This document shows positions 22,516-30,522 of a stretch of 32,000 nucleotides of DNA, piece after piece (position 1 is the first letter of the stretch; each line of letters starts with the position of its first letter). Under the pieces are notes generated by a model, which had not been told where the DNA came from, ran no database searches, and saw only the letters and a program-made list of their open reading frames with translations. The translations under genes were made by a program, and so were the position numbers. The DNA comes from Ruminococcus albus 7 = DSM 20455 (lineage in GTDB: Bacteria > Bacillota > Clostridia > Oscillospirales > Ruminococcaceae), in the NCBI RefSeq assembly GCF_000179635.2, contig NC_014833.1:1770001-1802000 (forward strand). Direction: 5' to 3'.

Positions 22516-23204
22516 TGAAAGGACTTGTATATAAGGAATGGAAACAGAACCATCGTTCCATTCTTTCAATGATACTTTGTGCGTTTGCCCCTTTTGCCCT
22601 GATCACGCTCCTGGAAGGTGAAGATTCTGCTATGGTTTGCATAATAGCACTTATCATAGGCTTTGTTGTGGCTGGTGCTTTGCAGGTCAGTGTGCTTGAC
22701 GGTGATGACAAAAAACTCTGGAGTTACTGGGTATCATCCACAGCTGACGGTCACAAGGGCTTTTTGAGGAACAAATATATAATGATATTTGGTATGATAG
22801 CGCTGTTTTTGCTTTCTCTGCTGATTTTTGATACAGGTTATCGCAAATATCTCTCTTATGCAGAGCAAACAGATTTTTACAAGATCATGGCTGTCGCACT
22901 TCCGCTGAGCATTCTGCAGTTATTCCTTCGTGCGATAGATATTCCGTTTTATTATTTATTCGGCAAAAAGATCGGCAGTGTCATAAAAGTTATAATAATG
23001 TCAATAGGTGCTTTTATATTAATATTATATCTTATTGTGTATTCAGACAGCATGGATAAATTATTTGATTTTGGTAAGAGTCTGATAGATTCTAAATACA
23101 TAACGCTGTCTGTGGTGGTTTTGATAAACCTTGTGATGTACTATCTGTCCTACCGATTGTCCTGCCTGGTGTATCATAAAGGTGCAGAGCATTATGACCA
23201 CTAG
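22515..23204 (+). CDS. ABC-2-type membrane protein (second permease subunit)
   Basis: Trimmed to GTG 22515 (AAGGAGAG lies 7 nt upstream), overlapping the preceding TAG by 1 nt. The N-terminus MKGLVYKEWKQN is typical for this permease family. 229 aa with about 6 TM segments. Confidence 0.72.
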   Translation: MKGLVYKEWKQNHRSILSMILCAFAPFALITLLEGEDSAMVCIIALIIGFVVAGALQVSVLDGDDKKLWSYWVSSTADGHKGFLRNKYIMIFGMIALFLLSLLIFDTGYRKYLSYAEQTDFYKIMAVALPLSILQLFLRAIDIPFYYLFGKKIGSVIKVIIMSIGAFILILYLIVYSDSMDKLFDFGKSLIDSKYITLSVVVLINLVMYYLSYRLSCLVYHKGAEHYDH

Positions 23205-23322
23205 ATCAGATATAAAAAATTAATTACAATATAAAGATAGAAAAAATAAAACCATAATGCCGGTCATCAGCCGACATTAGCTATGTGTTAAAAACAAAAT
23301 GTATATAAATATAATATTACTG

Positions 23323-23359
23323 AAGGCAGTCTGTGCGATGTGTGCAGGCTGCCTTTTAT
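23323..23359 (+). terminator. intrinsic terminator of the GntR-ABC operon
   Basis: AAGGCAGTCTGTGC / GCAGGCTGCCTT stem (with G-U pairs), followed by TTTTAT. Confidence 0.7.
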
Positions 23360-23586
23360 ATGTAGTTAATGCGTGCTGGATGGTTATATTCGGATAATTT
23401 ATTGTTAGGTTATAGATTTTCAAATTGCTTAATCAAACGTTAATAAATTCGCTAATTAAGTGGTAGCAAAGTCTTTTGAAAGTAAAAAATCTTATCATAT
23501 ACTTAACAGTTTGGAAATTTTCATATAGAATCGACATTCACGTTGTATGATATTTACAAAGATACAGATTAATTAATCAGAAACTA

Positions 23587-23615
23587 TTGACAATGCTGTG
23601 AAAGTGTGATATAAC
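23587..23615 (+). promoter_or_regulatory. sigma-70 type promoter about 300 nt upstream of the giant gene
   Basis: TTGACA at 23587-23592, 17 bp, TATAAC at 23610-23615, with TGa as an extended -10. Confidence 0.55.
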
Positions 23616-23913
23616 TATTAATATGAAATACATAATCTGTCAAAATTATTAAGATTCATTAAAAAGGAGAGTGCGTAAATATGATGTTAAAGTTCTGCTA
23701 TGCGAACGGTGATTCATATGCTGATGCGTGCTTTTCGCGATATCTATTGATAGATGCGCTCTTTGGATGATTTATCTTTCAGAGCGTTTTGTTTATTCAT
23801 AAAAAGGAGGACGATTGAATGACAGAGATCGAACATTCAAATGTAGCGGTGCGTACCGCGAACGTACGCAAAATGAGTTAGTCAAAAATTTGAAAGGACA
23901 GGTGAATTTAATT

Positions 23914-26900
23914 ATGGCACGTAATTTGTCAAAAGATCTTAAGAGAATGGTAGCAGGACTGTGTGCAGTTCTTATCGTAGGCGGAGCAGTTCCACTGCAG
24001 CCACTGGTTAATTTCGGCGGCACTATCAAAGCGGCGGCTACTGATATTGAAGCTACCTACACCAAGGACAGCCCCGAACTTGTTGATGGCGTAATACTAA
24101 AAAAAGGTGAGTCGATCGATTTAACAGGTACGAACAATCGATGCCACTTCTATACTGATACAAAAGTCGACATGTATTCTGACGGGTCTTTTACTAGTCA
24201 TACGAACTGGTGGAATGGTGTTACCAGAATATATGTCGATGATCAGGGTAATGTCAAGGCTTATGTTGGTACTGGTAGTAATCCATATACAACTACTTTC
24301 ATTCCAAATGACGGCTACACTTTCAAGTTTAGGTATGACAAAATTGAAGAAATTATCGAAGCTTATCAGGTGCCCAATTATGTCAAGGCAGAATCTATTT
24401 CTGATCTTAATAAAATGATTGAATGCCCAAATGAAAATGAAGCATATGAATGGGCATTTAGTCACTTAAATGAGGTCGGTCACGATTCAGACTTCCTGGT
24501 AATAGTAAGAAAATTAGAGGATGACTACGATGTTTATTGGTATGATCCCTCATTAGAATCTATATATCACTGCAGTAAAACTGAAACAGAAATTTCCGAA
24601 TATATGGAAGTAGGCAACACTGTCTATTATATCCCCGATGTTGTAAAAACAGCCACTTTATCACCCGGTGGTTTTGTAGAAGGTGATGACTATGCGGTTG
24701 TAGGTAATGTTACTGAAGTATCCCCCGGAGATGTTGTAACTATCTATTCCAATAAGAAGTTCAAAACCGACAAGGACTATACTACTCTTGATTTTGAAAA
24801 GAATCCTGATACAGAGGGTGATTATGAAGATTTCAAGTACAAGTGCACAATGACCGTTAACGATCAGGCAACTTTCGGTGAAAACGAAGTCATTTCCTTT
24901 ATCGAAGAATATAAGGTAACTCTGAACTTCCAGGATCTGACAGAAACAGATTATGCTGTAGATTATGACAGCAACGATGTATATGTTACCGACTATGTTG
25001 ATATATACACCAACAAGCGTTTCTACCTTAATGATACAAATAAGGATTATATCCATTATGACTGGGGAACACAGGACGGTGGTTTTATATTTAATGGAAA
25101 CACATATCTGTACAAATATCATGTAACATTCCCTAATTATCCTCTTGAAGAAAATGGCACTGCTACTTTCATAGCTGAGAAGAACGTTGATCTGGAATTC
25201 AACGATATGGTTGAGGGCATGGATTATGTAGTTGAGGGCGGACTTGATTATGCTTATGTCAAGGACGGTTCTGTTATCTACTCCAACCAGAGCATCACAA
25301 CAGATATCAGCAAGGCACAGCTTGTGGAGAGCATAAGAAAAGACGGCTTTACTTATAATGAGAAGAATTATAAGTTTAAATACGATGTTACTTATCCGGA
25401 AACACTGAATACCGGTGATACGGTTACTTTCACCCACGTTCACGAATATGGCAATCCTCATGTTGATACCGTTAACAAGCCCGATACTATCCTTGCTGAA
25501 TGCATAGGTGAGAACGGCGAGAATGTCGGCACAGTAGAGCTTGCACTGCTCCAGCCCAAGGAGGTTTACCACTACGGTGATCTGCCTGTAGTTGAAGATG
25601 TAGTTATCAAGCCCGAGCAGGTTCCTAATGGTATAACCAAGATCGAACCTTTGAGCCTTTCTATAAGAAAAGCTGACAAGGCAACAACTCAGGAGACCTT
25701 TACCGATTTCGGTGAATATGAGCTCTCAGCTGTAGTAAATGTTGGATACGACGGAAAGGATGTACCTTGTACTATCACAAAGACCGTTATGTACGCACCT
25801 CGTTCACTGACAGGCGATGAGAACAGTTCTTCAACCGATCCTGGTTACACAGGTTGTCAGTTCTTCCTGAAAACAAAAGTTACATCCGAAGAACAGCAGA
25901 CACCTAAGTATGATGAAACTCTTCTGAAAGTTGAGAACGGCGTTGTAACTATCCCCGAAAATACCTTTACATATAACGGTGAAGAGCAGAAGCCCACTAT
26001 CGTTGTAAAGAACACCATAAACGGCACAGTTACCGAACTTACTCAGAAATATATCACCAGCACAGTTGAAGCTAAGGAGGGTGCTACTCCTGATAATGAG
26101 TTCTATGAGTTCAAGATCTCCGCAGTAGAGTCTGCAGATCCTGAGACCGACCCTGAAAAATACACAGGCGAAGCTACTATTAAGTGGAGAATTGAAAAGG
26201 CTGAGAACACCCTGGAACTGACTCCTAAGGATGATATCGTTTATGACGGTGAGAAGCTGGATATAAACGACTTCAACGCTGATGACAAGGATGATATCCT
26301 TAATGATGATAATATCAAGCTTGAATTTGAAGGCAGTAAGGGTTATGAGTATATTGCACCCGATGATGCAGAAACTCCTTACCAGTTGACCGAGGCTGAT
26401 AACGGCAAGCTGCTGACACCAACTGTTGGATTTACGTATAACGTGCCAACGGGTGAGAATGTAACTTATCAAGCAATTGAATATAGTGTTGAAAATAATG
26501 AAGTTAAATCAGAAGTAATTCCTAGTAATGAAGTAATTTCGAGAATTTCGATTGAAAATATAGAGGATCATGACTTTTTGGTAATCTATGGACTTGGTGA
26601 ATCACCTCTGGATGGATTCTATATTAAAGAAAATGTAAGGGATAGAGCATCTGTAACATTTGAAGATAACGTAGTTACTTTACACATATTCAACGATGAA
26701 GTTTACGAGCTGAAGACCGGATCCTCAGGCGATGATGATTACGACATCACCAGCGCAGGCGAGCAGAAGGGTAAGGTTACTATAACTTCCGATAACTATA
26801 AGACTAAGGTCATCGACTTTAATACTGCGATCGCCAAGAAGGAAGTAACCGTAGCACCCAACGGCATCAAGGACAATGAGAAGAACACCATAACATGGGG

Positions 26901-29670
26901 CGAACTCATCAAGGACAGCGATGTTCTGTATACCCAGGACGGCGTAGTAGAAAAGGATAAGCCCAATGGTGGCGAGTATAACTTCGGTCTGATTTTCACA
27001 CCTGAGGGTTATAACTTTGAAGATGCAAAAGAAAACGATGCAGGCGAGTACAAACTGGTTCCCAGCCAAATATTCGCAGAGTATAACGAGGCTGCTAACA
27101 ACTACCTGCTGGTACTGCCCAAGAATAATAACGATGAGCAGAACAATGACGGCGATGCTGAGGAAGATGTAAAGCTTGATACCCTGACAATAGTTCCTTA
27201 TGAGCTGACAAAGGATGATATCACTATCGTAGAAACCGAGTATCAGTATGACTCCAAGACTAAGGAACCTAAGGTAACAGCAACTGCACCTTACAGCGTT
27301 AAGAATTCCGATGATACCAAGTACTATACTCTGACCCTTGGTAATGTTGAAAGCCATGACGGCAAGGATGCGTTCATCGAAGGTGTTAGATACGATAATA
27401 CTGTAAGTGAAAAGAATATATCTGTCAAGACCGACGATACAACCAGCGGTAACTTCACCGCAGGCGAAAAGGGTGTGGAGTTCAAGTGGTACATTAAGAA
27501 TGGTACACTTGACGTTACTGTCGGTAATATCATTGACAAGGTCTACAACAGCAAACCAGTTCCCAATCCTACCATTACTGTAGTAAACCAGAACGAAGAA
27601 TCTGTAAAGGGAGTTACCACTAAGTTACAGTATCAGAAGAAGGATGAGGAAACAGGCGAGTTCGGTGAAGCATTTGACGATGCACCCAAGGATGCAGGCA
27701 CATACAGAGCAGTTGTAACAGCAAACGCAAACAGCTACGATGAGGGTGTCGGATACTCCAACGAATTTACTATCAGCAAGAGAACTGTAAAGGTAACTCT
27801 GACCGGACTGCCTGAAGTAGTTGGCTATAAGGATACAGAAGTAAGCTATACACTTAACAGGTATTCAAGTCATAATACTTCTTCTGGTATAATGAACGCA
27901 GATATAACAAGCGGTGAAGTTTCTGTTAACGGTAAAGTGATCATAGAAGCAGGCAAGCAGAACGGTGATCATATCACAAATGAAGATCTGCCCGAGATCA
28001 CAGAAGCACTGGGCAATAACTACACATTTGAATATGATGTAGTACTCAATCTGGCAAATGCTAAGCTTGCAAGGATCGAAGTATCCACAGCTTACATCGA
28101 TAAGGACGAAACGATCGATCCTGAGGATTACTTCAAGGCTTACGATGAGAACGATCTTGAGATCACCGATAGGTGCAAGGTCATCAACATTGATAATATC
28201 AACCAGGTTGGTGAGTACACCATCGAGGTAAAAGACGATTCAGTTGATACTGCTCTCACTGGTACCCTGATCGTTAAGGAGAAGTATGAAGAGATCAAGG
28301 ATCTGCTGGATACTCTGTCTCCCTCTGAAGATATAGCTCTTGTAGATAAGAAGGTAATAGAAAAGGCACGCGAATCTCTGGATAATATGTCAGATGAGCA
28401 GGCTGCTAAGGTTGATCCCGAAGATATCCAGAAGCTGGAAGATCTCGAAGAAGCACTGAAGAAGTATTCAGAAGATATTGCAGCAGTAGAAGCAGTTGAA
28501 AAAACCATAGATGAACTTCCTGCAGCAGAAGAAGTTACCAAGGACGATGCTGAGGCAATAGCAGCAGCACGCGAAGCTTATGATGCACTGACAGAAGATC
28601 AGAAGTCCGCAGTTAAGGATGACTTGGTCAATAAGCTGGCAGCTGACGAAAAGGCACTGCAGGATATAGCTGACAACGAAGCAGCTGATGCAGTTGAAAA
28701 TCTGATCGATGAGATAGGCGAAGTTGCTTTCGATGAAACAAGCAAGGCTAAGATCGACGCAGCAGATGAAGCTTATAATGCACTGACCGATGATCAGAAG
28801 GCACTTGTTGAGAACAAGCAGACACTTGATGATGCTAAGACAACATACGATAATCTGATCGCTGCTGATAACAATACTAAGGCAGGCGCAGTTGATGAGC
28901 TTATCAATGATATAGGCGAAGTTGCTTTCGATGAAGCAAGCAAGGCTAAGATCGACGCAGCCGATGAAGCTTATAATGCACTGACCGACGAACAGAAAGC
29001 ACTTGTTCAGAACAAGCAGACACTTGATGATGCTAAGACAACATACGATAATCTGATCGCTGCTGATAACAATACTAAGGCAGGCGCAGTTGATGAGCTT
29101 ATCAATGGTATAGGCGAAGTTGCTTTCGATGAAGCAAGCAAGGCTAAGATCGACGCAGCAGATGAAGCTTATAATGCACTGACTGACGATCAGAAAGAAC
29201 TTGTTCAGAACAAGCAGACACTTGATGATGCTAAGACAACATACGATAATCTGAAGGCTGCAGATGATAAGAATAAGGCAGATACTGTAAAGAACGCAAT
29301 AAGTGCTCTCCCTGCAGCAGAAGATGTTACTAAGGATAACGCTGAAGCTATAGCAGCAGCACAGAAGGCTTATGACGAACTTACCGACGAACAGAAGGCT
29401 CTGATCGATCCTGAAGTAGTTAAGAAGCTTACTGATGCAGCAGCAGCTGTGGCAGCTCTTGAAGATGATGACTTTGTCAAGGGTGATGTAAGCGGCGATG
29501 GTAAGATAACTGTAACTGATGTTTCTAAGGTATCAGCTTACGTAAAGGGCAAGAGCTCACTGACAGATGAAGAGATCAAGCGCGCTGACGTTAACGGCGA
29601 CGGTATGGTCAACATTTCTGATGTATCTCTCCTGTCTGCTCACGTTAAAGGACGCAAGGCCATTAAATAA
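23914..29670 (+). CDS. giant secreted dockerin-containing repeat protein (adhesin-like cellulosomal component)
   Basis: ORF-track entry 23815..29670. I prefer ATG 23914, giving MARNLSKDLKRMVAGLCAVLIVGGAVPLQP (signal peptide); TTG 23815 is the alternative. Three degenerate repeats of about 88 aa lie at roughly 24650-25450. Ig-like modules follow, with the pattern [FY]xY[ND][GS]xxxxP ... AGxY ... FxIxK (MBG/YDG-like). Then about six helical 66-aa repeats and a C-terminal dockerin. Confidence 0.85.
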   Translation: MARNLSKDLKRMVAGLCAVLIVGGAVPLQPLVNFGGTIKAAATDIEATYTKDSPELVDGVILKKGESIDLTGTNNRCHFYTDTKVDMYSDGSFTSHTNWWNGVTRIYVDDQGNVKAYVGTGSNPYTTTFIPNDGYTFKFRYDKIEEIIEAYQVPNYVKAESISDLNKMIECPNENEAYEWAFSHLNEVGHDSDFLVIVRKLEDDYDVYWYDPSLESIYHCSKTETEISEYMEVGNTVYYIPDVVKTATLSPGGFVEGDDYAVVGNVTEVSPGDVVTIYSNKKFKTDKDYTTLDFEKNPDTEGDYEDFKYKCTMTVNDQATFGENEVISFIEEYKVTLNFQDLTETDYAVDYDSNDVYVTDYVDIYTNKRFYLNDTNKDYIHYDWGTQDGGFIFNGNTYLYKYHVTFPNYPLEENGTATFIAEKNVDLEFNDMVEGMDYVVEGGLDYAYVKDGSVIYSNQSITTDISKAQLVESIRKDGFTYNEKNYKFKYDVTYPETLNTGDTVTFTHVHEYGNPHVDTVNKPDTILAECIGENGENVGTVELALLQPKEVYHYGDLPVVEDVVIKPEQVPNGITKIEPLSLSIRKADKATTQETFTDFGEYELSAVVNVGYDGKDVPCTITKTVMYAPRSLTGDENSSSTDPGYTGCQFFLKTKVTSEEQQTPKYDETLLKVENGVVTIPENTFTYNGEEQKPTIVVKNTINGTVTELTQKYITSTVEAKEGATPDNEFYEFKISAVESADPETDPEKYTGEATIKWRIEKAENTLELTPKDDIVYDGEKLDINDFNADDKDDILNDDNIKLEFEGSKGYEYIAPDDAETPYQLTEADNGKLLTPTVGFTYNVPTGENVTYQAIEYSVENNEVKSEVIPSNEVISRISIENIEDHDFLVIYGLGESPLDGFYIKENVRDRASVTFEDNVVTLHIFNDEVYELKTGSSGDDDYDITSAGEQKGKVTITSDNYKTKVIDFNTAIAKKEVTVAPNGIKDNEKNTITWGELIKDSDVLYTQDGVVEKDKPNGGEYNFGLIFTPEGYNFEDAKENDAGEYKLVPSQIFAEYNEAANNYLLVLPKNNNDEQNNDGDAEEDVKLDTLTIVPYELTKDDITIVETEYQYDSKTKEPKVTATAPYSVKNSDDTKYYTLTLGNVESHDGKDAFIEGVRYDNTVSEKNISVKTDDTTSGNFTAGEKGVEFKWYIKNGTLDVTVGNIIDKVYNSKPVPNPTITVVNQNEESVKGVTTKLQYQKKDEETGEFGEAFDDAPKDAGTYRAVVTANANSYDEGVGYSNEFTISKRTVKVTLTGLPEVVGYKDTEVSYTLNRYSSHNTSSGIMNADITSGEVSVNGKVIIEAGKQNGDHITNEDLPEITEALGNNYTFEYDVVLNLANAKLARIEVSTAYIDKDETIDPEDYFKAYDENDLEITDRCKVINIDNINQVGEYTIEVKDDSVDTALTGTLIVKEKYEEIKDLLDTLSPSEDIALVDKKVIEKARESLDNMSDEQAAKVDPEDIQKLEDLEEALKKYSEDIAAVEAVEKTIDELPAAEEVTKDDAEAIAAAREAYDALTEDQKSAVKDDLVNKLAADEKALQDIADNEAADAVENLIDEIGEVAFDETSKAKIDAADEAYNALTDDQKALVENKQTLDDAKTTYDNLIAADNNTKAGAVDELINDIGEVAFDEASKAKIDAADEAYNALTDEQKALVQNKQTLDDAKTTYDNLIAADNNTKAGAVDELINGIGEVAFDEASKAKIDAADEAYNALTDDQKELVQNKQTLDDAKTTYDNLKAADDKNKADTVKNAISALPAAEDVTKDNAEAIAAAQKAYDELTDEQKALIDPEVVKKLTDAAAAVAALEDDDFVKGDVSGDGKITVTDVSKVSAYVKGKSSLTDEEIKRADVNGDGMVNISDVSLLSAHVKGRKAIK
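28690..29283 (+). repeat. three near-identical in-frame 198-bp (66-aa) tandem repeats inside the giant gene
   Basis: GGCGAAGTTGCTTTCGATGAA recurs at 28717, 28915 and 29113, an exact 198-bp period. The unit is AV(D/E)ELI(N/D).IGEVAFDE(A/T)SKAKIDAADEAYNALTD(D/E)QKALV.NKQTLDDAKTTYDNLIAADNNTKAG. More divergent copies flank it from about 28280 to 29460. Confidence 0.95.
29482..29667 (+). other. C-terminal type-I dockerin module
   Basis: GDVSGDGKITVTDVSKVSAYVKG ... ADVNGDGMVNISDVSLLSAHVKG. These are two canonical DxxGDGxxxxxD Ca-binding loops, each followed by a helix. Confidence 0.9.
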
Positions 29671-29713
29671 TGATTTCTAGATTTACCATAAATTTCACGT
29701 CCTTCTAAAGATG

Positions 29714-29748
29714 TTCCCCCGTGTATGTTCACGGGGGAATGTCTTTTT
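29714..29748 (+). terminator. intrinsic terminator of the giant gene
   Basis: Perfect 10-bp stem TTCCCCCGTG / CACGGGGGAA, 6-nt loop, then TGTCTTTTT. Confidence 0.85.
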
Positions 29749-29762
29749 GTAAGAAAAAAATA

Positions 29763-29791
29763 TTGACGTTTTATATTTAGTGTGATATAAT
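29763..29791 (+). promoter_or_regulatory. near-consensus sigma-70 promoter
   Basis: TTGACG at 29763-29768, 17 bp, TATAAT at 29786-29791, with TGa as an extended -10. Confidence 0.7.
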
Positions 29792-29835
29792 ATATATGTA
29801 GTTAGTCAATACTAATCAACAAAAGGAAAGTGTTT

Positions 29836-30441
29836 ATGAAATCAGCAATAAAAATACTTGATTCCAAAAAGGAGTTCAGAGAAGAGATCGAAAAGATCCT
29901 TGAAAAGAAACAATGTGAAGAATTATGGCACAGGGCTGCATCAAGGCTTAACAGCTATCTTGAAAGATATAAGGATCTCCCTGAGGGTGTCCGATCACAT
30001 ACAGATGAAAAGATATTCCCTGCGGCTGCGATGTACCTTAGCGCTAAAGAATTCATGACTGATGAACAGGCTTATTCGGTCATTGAGAATTCATCCATTA
30101 AGATATGTAATAAGATAGGTCCGCTTAAAGCTTTAATGAAGATACCCTTTATGCCAGGATTATTCATAAAGATGTGGGACATTGTGACTAAGAAAAGCTT
30201 TGGGTCTGCCTGTGGATTTGAAAACAGATTTTACCCTAAAGAAAAAGGTGCTTACCGTATGGATATCCTTGAATGCCCGTACTGCAGATACTTTACTGAA
30301 CTTGGGTGCCCCGAGCTTACAAAGATATTCTGTGAGAATGATGAGCGAGTTTACGGGGATCTGCCCGGTATCGTATTTGAACGTAAAGGAACGCTGGGCA
30401 AGGGTGCAGACAGGTGCGATTTTTACATAAGAAAGACGTGA
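29836..30441 (+). CDS. L-2-amino-thiazoline-4-carboxylic acid hydrolase family protein (ATC_hydrolase, PF14196-like)
   Basis: Trimmed to ATG 29836 (AAGGAAAG upstream). The C-terminal signature CPYCRYFTELGCPELTKIFCENDERVYGDLPGIVFERKGTLGKGADRCDFYI matches the Cys-rich core of that family as I remember it. Confidence 0.7.
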   Translation: MKSAIKILDSKKEFREEIEKILEKKQCEELWHRAASRLNSYLERYKDLPEGVRSHTDEKIFPAAAMYLSAKEFMTDEQAYSVIENSSIKICNKIGPLKALMKIPFMPGLFIKMWDIVTKKSFGSACGFENRFYPKEKGAYRMDILECPYCRYFTELGCPELTKIFCENDERVYGDLPGIVFERKGTLGKGADRCDFYIRKT

Positions 30442-30462
30442 TCGTTTACCGATAATAATAAA

Positions 30463-30496
30463 AAGAAGTCTGTGAGTTCATGCTCGCAGACTTCTT
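30463..30496. terminator. bidirectional terminator between convergent genes
   Basis: AAGAAGTCTGTGAG / CTCGCAGACTTCTT (14 bp, one G-U pair), 6-nt loop. On the minus strand it is followed by TTTTATTATTAT. Confidence 0.75.
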
Positions 30497-30522
30497 TCCG
30501 TATTATCAAATTTATAATGTGT

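Noticed and set aside
23846-23869. Sequence relationship between the GTACGC/CGTAC-containing hairpins in the giant-gene leader and the 94-bp repeat unit
   Set aside because: Only short palindromic words (GTACGC, CGTAC) are shared. There is no extended alignment, so it is probably coincidence.
24121-27539. Large antisense ORFs inside the giant gene (for example 24661..25572 at 303 aa, 25831..26472, 26725..27357)
   Set aside because: They are Ile/Leu/Phe/Cys-rich translations of the reverse complement of an Asp/Glu/Asn/Lys/Thr-rich coding strand. They have no RBS. The plus-strand frame carries the signal peptide, the repeats and the dockerin.
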